IMG/VR virus record: IMGVR_UViG_3300025759_000095
DNA from: a virus
DNA length: 61,958 nucleotides
Direction: 5' to 3' (one strand)
Shown here: in pieces, positions 1 to 6,806 of the stretch
How the letters are laid out: each line of letters starts with the position of its first letter
How positions within the stretch are numbered: the stretch's first letter is position 1
The notes under the pieces: generated by a model
Seen by the model: only the letters and a program-made list of their open reading frames with translations
Database searches by the model: none
Told to the model about the DNA's origin: nothing
Made by a program: the position numbers and the translations under genes

Positions 1-74
1 ACACGAGGGAAGGCCGAGAGCGTACAAAGTCGTAAACTTTGGGGAATCGTAGAACGTAACGAGGGGAAATCCTA
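1..74. repeat. Terminal direct repeat, left copy (identical to 61885..61958)
   Basis: The first 74 nt (acacgagggaaggccgagagcg...gaggggaaatccta) are repeated exactly as the last 74 nt of the window. Confidence 0.95.
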
Positions 75-274
75 GGGGGGAAGGTAAACCAACCAAGGCA
101 ACCCGTACCGCCTAGAAAAAACCTAAAAAATCCACAGAAAAAAAATTTTTAGAAAGCAAAACGCCTAAAAAAAAACGACTTTAAAAATGAGGTGTGTGTG
201 TTGTAATATATATATAACCCATTGCCTCTACATATCTAATATTTTTTTGTATCTTTACAATAAATAAATACGTT

Positions 275-457
275 ATGGACGGATTAACAATTAAGAACGG
301 TAGGTTAATAAATAACAGACCGGATGGTATGTCAGGAATAGAGCAAGCGTCTCTATATAGACAACAAATGAAAAAACAATATAAAATTGATACGATCGCA
401 GATGGCATCGAAAGAGCTAAAATGCGTGAAGAAGGCCGAAGATATTTCGGTATGTAA
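275..457 (+). CDS. Hypothetical protein (60 aa)
   Basis: ORF with ordinary polar composition. A near-consensus -7 box (tatcttta, 250..257) lies upstream and a hairpin plus T10 lies 34 nt downstream. The overlapping minus-strand ORF 181..408 looks like a hydrophobic shadow frame. Confidence 0.45.
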   Translation: MDGLTIKNGRLINNRPDGMSGIEQASLYRQQMKKQYKIDTIADGIERAKMREEGRRYFGM

Positions 458-490
458 AAACCTTTCCCAAGTTAGTTGAGTTTTGAAAAA

Positions 491-524
491 GAGTAGTGAA
501 AAAAGTAGCTGCTCTTTTTTTTTT
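491..524 (+). terminator. Candidate intrinsic terminator
   Basis: gagtag (491..496) pairs with ctgctc (509..514, one G-U pair) and is followed by a run of 10 T (515..524), just after the 275..457 ORF. The 12-nt loop is long for a terminator. Confidence 0.4.
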
Positions 525-563
525 GAGAAAACACGTGTATATTTTTTGCGTAACTACTACTGT

Positions 564-767
564 TTTGTGTCGACTTTTTAAGTTTGTGTCGACTTAGTGT
601 CAACTTTTTTTTACCTTGACATTGCTTAACTCTTTGATTATCAATTACTTATCTTAGAAAATGTCGGAATGTCAACTTTAACTTCAGTTTGAAATAAAAA
701 AAAATATATAGTAGTAGTAAAAAAAAATAAAAAGAAGAATAGGGGGGCAAACTTGACACTGTGACAT
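564..767. promoter_or_regulatory. Array of iteron-like GTGTC(G/A)ACTT repeats
   Basis: Direct copies: tttgtgtcgactt at 564..576 and 583..595 (19-nt spacing), gtgtcaactt at 597..606, atgtcgga/atgtcaactt at 661..678. Inverted copies: ttgacat at 616..622, aacttgacact at 749..759, gtgacat at 761..767. The array is flanked by a 9-bp inverted repeat (actactact 553..561, agtagtagt 710..718). Confidence 0.6.
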
Positions 768-790
768 TTTGTATTTCAAAACTAAATACA

Positions 791-798
791 TATATTTG
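791..798 (+). promoter_or_regulatory. Bacteroidota-type -7 promoter box (TATATTTG)
   Basis: Exact TAnnTTTG match 26 nt upstream of the chaperonin ATG (825), in non-coding DNA. Confidence 0.45.
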
Positions 799-824
799 TG
801 TAAATCAAATTAAATAAAATTGTT

Positions 825-2420
825 ATGGAACAAGGATACACCCCGAGGGAGTTACATTTTGACTCTGAGGGTAGAAACAAACTAATTAGCGGAATCGCTA
901 AAATTTCAAAAGCTGTCAAGTCTACATTGGGCCCAAGAGGTCAGACAGTATTAATAGAATCACGTACACACACGCACGGAATCACGGTTACTAAGGACGG
1001 AGTCACGGTTGCAAAATCCATTGACTTGTTGGATCCTGTGGAGAACCTTGCGGTGAAGATGATGAAGGAAGCTGCGGATCGTACAGCAACCTCTGCCGGG
1101 GACGGTACAACCACCGCCATAGTATTGACTGAGGCATTAGTTGAGGCGGGTGAGAAATACATAGATATGTCGGTAAATCCGACGGTTGTCATACGTGAAA
1201 TCAACAAACACACTTCACACGTAATTAAAAGGCTAGAGAAACAGTCTAAGAAATTGTCTAAGAAAAGACTGCTTGACGTAGCAACCATCTCATCAAACAA
1301 TGACAAAGAGATTGGGAAAATAATATACGATACCTATAATAAAGTAGGTCATGACGGACTTGTCACGGTTGAGAACTCACAAGGTCATAACACGTATAGT
1401 GAGGTGACAAAGGGGATCCGCGTTGAAAGGGGATATACATCGAACCTGTTTGTGAACAATCAAAAGAAGGACGAGTGTGTGCTTGAGAACGTGAAGGTAC
1501 TAGTAGTTGATCAAGAGATTAATAACATACTTAGTATTGAGAAAATATTGAAACCTATTATCAGTAACGGCGACAAACTTCTGATAGTTGGAAATTGCCA
1601 TAACAATGTCGTCAATACCCTAGCAGCAAATGTCGTTCGTAACGGTTTGAAAATTTGTAACATAATGCCTCCACAGTTTGGTTACAAGCAACACGAACTA
1701 ATGAGCGACATCGCGCTAGCGGTCGGTGCGAAATACTTCAGCGAGAAAACAGGAGATGACTTGTCGTTGATTAGTATGGAGGACTTGGGTCATGCTGCCA
1801 AAGTGATAGTAGGTAGAGACAATACCATCATTATAAGAAACAACAATGAGGTGGCGGAGATACCTCAAAGAGTTGAGGAGTTATGGGAGCAACACAAGCA
1901 TACGAAAATAAAGTCAGAAAAAGATTTTATCTTGCAACGTATAGCGAGTCTAAGCGGCGGGATTGGTGTAATCTATGTTGGAGGGAACTCTGATGTGGAG
2001 CAAAAAGAAAAATTTGACCGCGTTGATGACGCGGTATGTGCGGTGCGTTCCGCACTAGAAGAAGGGATAATAGCAGGAGCAGGAGTGCCACTACTTAGAT
2101 TATCCAAAGAATTAACAACTCAGGGTGAAAGCAAAGAGGAATCAGTAGGCGTTAAGATTTTGAAAGACGCTCTTTCGGTTCCGTGTAAACAAATCTTAAG
2201 AAACGCTGGGGAAAACGAAGATAATGTCATCAAGTTTATTTTAGATGCAAGAAATGGTTATGATGTAAAGAATCAAAAATTTGGTGATTTATATAGTATG
2301 GGTATTATAGACCCATTGAAAGTAACAAAGAATGCGCTCATTAATGCAGTATCTGTTGCAACTACGATATTAAGTACGAATGCAATAGTAACATTAGCGA
2401 GAACATACGATAATAAATAA
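825..2420 (+). CDS. groEL: GroEL-like group I chaperonin (Cpn60)
   Basis: 531 aa, colinear with GroEL hallmarks: LGPRGQTVLIE, VTKDGVTVAKSI, nucleotide-site motif SAGDGTTTAIVLTEAL, LSGGIGVIYVGG, DAVCAVRSALEEGIIAGAGVPL, IIDPLKVTKNAL. It lacks the C-terminal GGM repeat tail. Confidence 0.9.
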   Translation: MEQGYTPRELHFDSEGRNKLISGIAKISKAVKSTLGPRGQTVLIESRTHTHGITVTKDGVTVAKSIDLLDPVENLAVKMMKEAADRTATSAGDGTTTAIVLTEALVEAGEKYIDMSVNPTVVIREINKHTSHVIKRLEKQSKKLSKKRLLDVATISSNNDKEIGKIIYDTYNKVGHDGLVTVENSQGHNTYSEVTKGIRVERGYTSNLFVNNQKKDECVLENVKVLVVDQEINNILSIEKILKPIISNGDKLLIVGNCHNNVVNTLAANVVRNGLKICNIMPPQFGYKQHELMSDIALAVGAKYFSEKTGDDLSLISMEDLGHAAKVIVGRDNTIIIRNNNEVAEIPQRVEELWEQHKHTKIKSEKDFILQRIASLSGGIGVIYVGGNSDVEQKEKFDRVDDAVCAVRSALEEGIIAGAGVPLLRLSKELTTQGESKEESVGVKILKDALSVPCKQILRNAGENEDNVIKFILDARNGYDVKNQKFGDLYSMGIIDPLKVTKNALINAVSVATTILSTNAIVTLARTYDNK

Positions 2421-2427
2421 TAACAAG

Positions 2428-2559
2428 ATGCCAATATATAACGAAATATTCGAGTCATATCGAAGAAAACAAAACGAACTTAACAAAGCTATAGAGATGT
2501 TGGAGAAACATGGGTATATAGTTTACAACAAAGAAAGAATGCATGAAACCAGTAAATAA
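2428..2559 (+). CDS. Possible small ORF (43 aa) between the chaperonin genes
   Basis: My own translation: MPIYNEIFESYRRKQNELNKAIEMLEKHGYIVYNKERMHETSK. It fills the groEL-groES gap and overlaps the groES-like start by 17 nt. It is below the ORF-track length cut-off. Confidence 0.25.
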   Translation: MPIYNEIFESYRRKQNELNKAIEMLEKHGYIVYNKERMHETSK

Positions 2560-2800
2560 ATACATAGTAGTAAGAGAGATAGTAGAGGAATATAAAACAG
2601 ATTCCGGGTTATTACTATCCTCACAAGATGTAGATACCTATAGATACAAAAAAGGATTAGTATTAAAAGTAGGTAACAATGTAGAGGTCATTAATGAAGA
2701 TGACCTGATATACTATGATAAAGCTGCAGGACATAAAATATTACTACAAGACGAACCGCTTACGATTATTCAGGAGCGTGATGTTGTAGTTGTTTTGTAG
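2543..2800 (+). CDS. groES: GroES-like co-chaperonin (Cpn10)
   Basis: 85 aa. MKPVNKYIVVREIVEEYKTDSGLLLSS aligns by eye with GroES (I)RPLxDRVxVKRxExExKTxGGIxL. GLVLKVGNN matches GEVxAVGxG, and the C-terminal DLIYYDK..G..ILLQDEPLTIIQERDVVVVL matches GDxVxF..y.g.ev..dg.eyLix.e.DILAxV. It is shorter than bacterial GroES. Confidence 0.75.
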   Translation: MKPVNKYIVVREIVEEYKTDSGLLLSSQDVDTYRYKKGLVLKVGNNVEVINEDDLIYYDKAAGHKILLQDEPLTIIQERDVVVVL

Positions 2801-3239
2801 ATTCATTTATTTTTTTAATTGCATTACGATATACCTTGTCGGTGTAAGATACATTTTTGTTGAACAGAGGATTTCTTTCTGAAATCTCCTCTCCATTTAA
2901 CTTTTTATAAATAGTATCTATAATTCGTCTTGTCTTATAGGTAAGTTCATAGAGGGTAGCTTGATTGCCTTTTCTTTTTCTCCATACATGAATCCATCCG
3001 TCTCTCAGCATTCTATCAAAACGATTCACGTCCCAAGACATAAGCTCTTCGTATTCCTTAAAGTCTGTTTTATTAAATAGTTGTTCGCTATATAAGAACA
3101 ATAACATTTCAAGATCTGGAGTAGTCAGTCCGTATTTTGCTTTTACCCAATACCTAATTACTCTCCAGTATTTTAAATAATCATTAGTAGGTTCTTTTCT
3201 GTCGTAGTTGTTTCTGATTGTTGATTTAATAGTTGTCAA
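2766..3239 (-). CDS. Hypothetical protein (157 aa)
   Basis: Long ORF with natural composition, on the opposite strand to the surrounding arm. Its 3' end overlaps the groES-like 3' end by 35 nt. It is basic and W/Y/R/K-rich and could bind DNA; I recognised no motif. Confidence 0.6.
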   Translation of the reverse strand: MTTIKSTIRNNYDRKEPTNDYLKYWRVIRYWVKAKYGLTTPDLEMLLFLYSEQLFNKTDFKEYEELMSWDVNRFDRMLRDGWIHVWRKRKGNQATLYELTYKTRRIIDTIYKKLNGEEISERNPLFNKNVSYTDKVYRNAIKKINESTKQLQHHAPE

Positions 3240-3474
3240 GATTTATAGTAGATTTAAAATTTTTTAATACAGCGCACTTTTCAAACTCCTCCTTTTCCTC
3301 AAAATAATTTATCATGTGATTTATATCATCAATATCAATGTACTCATCGGTTGGATCGAAAGGCAAAATAACATTATCTAGGAAAATAGCAACCTCATCA
3401 AAAGAGTGCTTGCCAATTAACAAACTATAACCAACATCCATTCCGATGTCGTAAGTTTCCAAAAAATCATCCAT
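3226..3474 (-). CDS. Hypothetical acidic protein (82 aa)
   Basis: ORF overlapping the downstream 2766..3239 gene by 14 nt, consistent with translational coupling. Acidic composition. Confidence 0.5.
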   Translation of the reverse strand: MDDFLETYDIGMDVGYSLLIGKHSFDEVAIFLDNVILPFDPTDEYIDIDDINHMINYFEEKEEFEKCAVLKNFKSTINLDNY

Positions 3475-3485
3475 AAAATAATTGT

Positions 3486-3493
3486 TATCTTTG
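3486..3493 (+). promoter_or_regulatory. Bacteroidota-type -7 promoter box (TATCTTTG, extended TATCTTTGTAAA)
   Basis: Exact TAnnTTTG in the intergenic gap between divergent genes, 31 nt upstream of the ATG at 3525. The same extended 12-mer occurs at 12026 and 17096. Confidence 0.55.
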
Positions 3494-3524
3494 TAAAGAT
3501 ATTAATAATTTTAAAATCTTAAAA

Positions 3525-3746
3525 ATGAAACAAGGTTACAACGATAGACTTGACGAGTCAATAGGTGGAAGACACAAAGGTGCACATTCTCAATCTATGA
3601 AAGATAGAAGAGACGAAAGCAAAGCGATGTCTAAAAAAATGTATGGACACGCATACGGAGCAGACAAAGGAATGTCTTACAGACATGATCACCCTGCTCA
3701 TGTTCACAACGTAAAAGGACACATATCTTCTTTAATTAAGAAGTAA
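3525..3746 (+). CDS. Small His/Lys/Arg-rich protein (73 aa)
   Basis: ORF directly downstream of the promoter box. Basic and His-rich (HKGAHSQS, YRHDHPAHVHNVKGH). Confidence 0.5.
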   Translation: MKQGYNDRLDESIGGRHKGAHSQSMKDRRDESKAMSKKMYGHAYGADKGMSYRHDHPAHVHNVKGHISSLIKK

Positions 3747-3904
3747 TGGCTGGCGGATTTATACAAAAAGCATTTGCAAGAGCTAAGAAAAAAGGCACAA
3801 TAGGTAAATGCTCAGGTAAAAAACTAGGAAGCAAATCATGCCCTAAAGGATCAAAGGCGTATAATTTTGCTATGACATTAAAAAAACTTAGAAAAAAGAA
3901 ATAA
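3746..3904 (+). CDS. Small very basic protein (52 aa)
   Basis: My own translation: MAGGFIQKAFARAKKKGTIGKCSGKKLGSKSCPKGSKAYNFAMTLKKLRKKK. The start overlaps the previous stop (TAATG). Confidence 0.4.
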   Translation: MAGGFIQKAFARAKKKGTIGKCSGKKLGSKSCPKGSKAYNFAMTLKKLRKKK

Positions 3905-3906
3905 TT

Positions 3907-4044
3907 ATGGGTAAATTATTAGTTAAATTTGGAATATGGATTCAAAACGTTTGGTGCAAGGCACTTTGTTGTTGGAATGCATTACTAGCAAAGTTAACTG
4001 TTCGCGTTGACAATTGCCCAAATAAATTATGTAAGTGTAAATAA
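3907..4044 (+). CDS. Small Cys-rich protein (45 aa)
   Basis: My own translation: MGKLLVKFGIWIQNVWCKALCCWNALLAKLTVRVDNCPNKLCKCK. Tightly packed between neighbouring ORFs. Confidence 0.3.
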   Translation: MGKLLVKFGIWIQNVWCKALCCWNALLAKLTVRVDNCPNKLCKCK

Positions 4045-4046
4045 TA

Positions 4047-4211
4047 ATGAGATCAAGGGGATTAGGAGATACTATTTATAAGACGGCTAAAATGATAGGC
4101 GCAGACAAGGTAGCTAAAGCATACGAAAAGGTTACCGGCAAACCTTGTGGTTGTCAAGAAAGACGAGACACGTTGAATAGACTTCACCCTTATAAAAAAA
4201 TAAATAAATAA
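4047..4211 (+). CDS. Small conserved-looking phage protein (54 aa)
   Basis: My own translation: MRSRGLGDTIYKTAKMIGADKVAKAYEKVTGKPCGCQERRDTLNRLHPYKKINK. The GLGDTI...CGC..R...LN pattern resembles, from memory, small proteins common in marine phages. Confidence 0.4.
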   Translation: MRSRGLGDTIYKTAKMIGADKVAKAYEKVTGKPCGCQERRDTLNRLHPYKKINK

Positions 4212-4215
4212 AAAA

Positions 4216-4479
4216 ATGGCGTATCAAAAATTACAAGCGTATAGAGCAGCACAGGTAACACCAAGTGACACTGCAGATATTCCTGCAGTTTCAACTGCAA
4301 CCGGTAAAAACTTCGGTTGTTTATTGTATGTAGGAACAGCAGGCAATGTTAAAATCGAAACAGTTGGTGGCGATGAAGTTACTTTAGTGGGTATCAATAC
4401 AGGAGCATTCATTCCTGTTCAAGTAAAAAAAGTTTTTGCAACAGGAACTACTGCATCCAACATTTTAGCACTCTGGTAA
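4216..4479 (+). CDS. Hypothetical protein (87 aa), possibly structural
   Basis: ORF with beta-rich G/T/V composition, immediately upstream of the fibre array. The antisense ORF 4224..4412 is judged a shadow. Confidence 0.55.
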   Translation: MAYQKLQAYRAAQVTPSDTADIPAVSTATGKNFGCLLYVGTAGNVKIETVGGDEVTLVGINTGAFIPVQVKKVFATGTTASNILALW

Positions 4480-4480
4480 G

Positions 4481-4624
4481 ATGCCTATATTCATAGACAT
4501 AGGATTAAATATCGGAAGGAACGTGCAACCTGGATTCCCACCTCCAGGAAGTGATGAAATTATTTCACAACAATCCATACAGATGGTTGACGAAACAAGT
4601 AGTGACGATTTAATAACGGAATAA
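4481..4624 (+). CDS. Small acidic ORF (47 aa)
   Basis: My own translation: MPIFIDIGLNIGRNVQPGFPPPGSDEIISQQSIQMVDETSSDDLITE. It exactly fills the gap between 4479 and 4626. Confidence 0.3.
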   Translation: MPIFIDIGLNIGRNVQPGFPPPGSDEIISQQSIQMVDETSSDDLITE

Positions 4625-4625
4625 A

Positions 4626-6803
4626 ATGGCAATAAAGTTCTCTCAATTTGTAGTTCAGACTGATGCTTCTACACTTAGTCATGTTGTGGGCTATAATGGA
4701 GTGGATAATATTCAGATAACCCCAACTAACTTTTTAAATTCCCTTCTAACAGGCACAGCCGGACAAGTATTGTTCTACGATACTACGGGAGTTACTGGTG
4801 ATAGCGGCTTTTACTGGGACAATACTAATAAGCGATTAGGTATTGGAACTTCTTCACCTACAGTTAAATTAGATGTAAATTCAGGTACAACTAACAATGT
4901 AGCTAGATTTCAAAGTACAGACAGCGTGGCCCGCATAATATTAAAAGATAATACTGGTGAAGCACATTTAAGCGCTTCTGGAGACGATATGGTATTTGCC
5001 ACTAGCTCATCTGGGTCTGAACGTATGCGTATAACTGATGCAGGCAACGTAGGTATTGGAACGAGTACCCCTAGTGAAAAATTAGAGGTTGCAGGGGATA
5101 TAAAATTAGGAGACAATAAAATTTTAAGACTTGGTTCAACAAGTGGTGGTGATTTTAATTTAGGCTTTGATGGTAATAATGGATTTGCATCAAATTTAAA
5201 AGGAGATTTATATATACAAAATTTTGCAAATGACAAAGATATTATATTTAGGTCAGATGACGGATCTGGTGGAATAACAAACTATATACAAATTGATGGT
5301 TCTGCAGGTGAAACGATTTTTAGCAGGAACACACAACATTTAGATCAAGTATATGCACAGTTTGGTACAAGTAATGATTTAAAAATATATCACGATGGTA
5401 ATAATAGCAATTATATTACATCTACAACTAGCGACATATATTTAAGAAGCGAGGGTAATAATGACAGAATATATATTCAAGCTACAAATAGTGGTACTAT
5501 AGCAAACTACATAACTATTGATGGTAGTGCGGGACAAACTAAATTTTCTAGAGATACAAAACATATTGATAATGCAAAAGCTAAATTCGGAGATAGTAAT
5601 GATTTAGAAATATATCACGATAGTACAAAATCAATTATTAGAAATAATACAGGTAATTTACTTATTGATAATTTTGCTGATGATGCAGATATAATATTTA
5701 GATCAGATGATGGTTCTGGAGGTGTTGCTGAATATTTTAGATTAGACGGTGGTGCTACTAAAGTTATAGCAAGTAAAAACTTTGCATTTTTAGATAGTGT
5801 ACAAATTGAACTTGGAGATTCAGGAGATTTTAATATGTCCCACAATGGGACTGATGTTACTCTACAAAATTTTACAGGTGATTTTAATATAGTTAACAAA
5901 TCAAATGATGCTGATATTATATTCAAAAGTGATGATGGTTCTGGTGGAACAGCTACATATTTTTATTTAGATGGCGGTGGTGTTTTAACTAGGTTTGATA
6001 AAAGACTTAGAATGTCTGATGCAGTAAGTTTACAGTTAGGTTCAAGCGGTAATTTTGAAATGTATCATTTTAGTGGTGATACTACTATAGACAATTTTAC
6101 AGGAAATTTAACTATTAGAAACAGTGCAGATGATGCTGATATTATTTTTAGTTGTGATGATGGCTCTGGTGGGACAGGCGTATACTTTTTATTAGACGGA
6201 AGTCTTGCTGATGGAAGTAATAAATTTACTCGTTTTTTAGATAGAAGTAGAGTTTGTTTTGGAGACGCTGCTGATTTACAAATCTATCACAATGGTACAA
6301 ATTCACTTATTGAAAACAGTACTGGTGATTTTTACATTAGTAATAAACACGATGATGGTGATATTATATTTTTCTGTGATGATGGTTCTGGTGGTGTTAC
6401 TGAATATTTTAGGTTAGATGGTGGTGACGTAGAAACTGTATTTAGTAAAAGAGCAAAGTTTATAGATAATGTTAAACTAAATATAGGTAGTTCTAGAGAT
6501 TTACAAATATATCACGATGGTAGTAATTCCTTTATTGATGAAGCAGGAACAGGTATTTTGTATGTAAGAGCAGCTGCTAATATGTATTTTCAAACTTATG
6601 GTAGTGGTAAGAGATTTGCTTCTTTTTTTGAAAATGATGCTGTTGTTTTATATAATAATGACGTAGAAAAACTTAGGACAATTGGGTCAGGTATTAGAAT
6701 TTCAGGCGTATCAGAATATGCGGATAACACAGCGGCTTTAGCAGGAGGACTAGTAGTGGGAGATGTTTACAGAACAGGAGACGATTTAAAAATAGTACAT
6801 TAA
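4626..6803 (+). CDS. Tail fibre paralogue A1 (725 aa)
   Basis: The N-terminal ~75 aa (MAIKFSQFVVQT..LSHVVGYNG.DNIQITP.NF...GTAGQV...KRLGIGTSSP) are shared with A2 and A3. It has GNVGIGTSTPSEKLEV motifs, six ~75-aa solenoid repeats, and a C-terminal ADNTAALAGGLVVGDVYRTGDDLKIVH motif shared with A2. Confidence 0.75.
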   Translation: MAIKFSQFVVQTDASTLSHVVGYNGVDNIQITPTNFLNSLLTGTAGQVLFYDTTGVTGDSGFYWDNTNKRLGIGTSSPTVKLDVNSGTTNNVARFQSTDSVARIILKDNTGEAHLSASGDDMVFATSSSGSERMRITDAGNVGIGTSTPSEKLEVAGDIKLGDNKILRLGSTSGGDFNLGFDGNNGFASNLKGDLYIQNFANDKDIIFRSDDGSGGITNYIQIDGSAGETIFSRNTQHLDQVYAQFGTSNDLKIYHDGNNSNYITSTTSDIYLRSEGNNDRIYIQATNSGTIANYITIDGSAGQTKFSRDTKHIDNAKAKFGDSNDLEIYHDSTKSIIRNNTGNLLIDNFADDADIIFRSDDGSGGVAEYFRLDGGATKVIASKNFAFLDSVQIELGDSGDFNMSHNGTDVTLQNFTGDFNIVNKSNDADIIFKSDDGSGGTATYFYLDGGGVLTRFDKRLRMSDAVSLQLGSSGNFEMYHFSGDTTIDNFTGNLTIRNSADDADIIFSCDDGSGGTGVYFLLDGSLADGSNKFTRFLDRSRVCFGDAADLQIYHNGTNSLIENSTGDFYISNKHDDGDIIFFCDDGSGGVTEYFRLDGGDVETVFSKRAKFIDNVKLNIGSSRDLQIYHDGSNSFIDEAGTGILYVRAAANMYFQTYGSGKRFASFFENDAVVLYNNDVEKLRTIGSGIRISGVSEYADNTAALAGGLVVGDVYRTGDDLKIVH
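5211..6575 (+). repeat. Six tandem ~75-aa (~225-nt) coding repeats inside fibre A1
   Basis: The unit (D)ADIIF(R/K/S)(S/C)DDGSGG..(Y)F.LDG......F......D.......G.S.DL.IYH.G.NS.I.N.TG...I.N has its DIIF motif at residues 205, 355, 430, 505 and 579, with a degenerate copy (RIYIQ) near 281. Confidence 0.85.
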
Positions 6804-6806
6804 GAT

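Noticed and set aside
181-408. Minus-strand 75-aa ORF in the control region
   Set aside because: It overlaps the better-composed plus-strand ORF 275..457, which has a promoter-like box upstream and a terminator downstream. Its translation is hydrophobic and Cys-rich, and no start context supports it.
616-758. E. coli-type -35 hexamers (TTGACA at 616..621, TTGACA at 753..758) as sigma-70 promoters
   Set aside because: Both are inverted copies of the GTGTC(G/A)ACTT repeat motif. No properly spaced TATAAT-like -10 box was evident, and the genome's consistent promoter-like signal is the Bacteroidota TAnnTTTG box.
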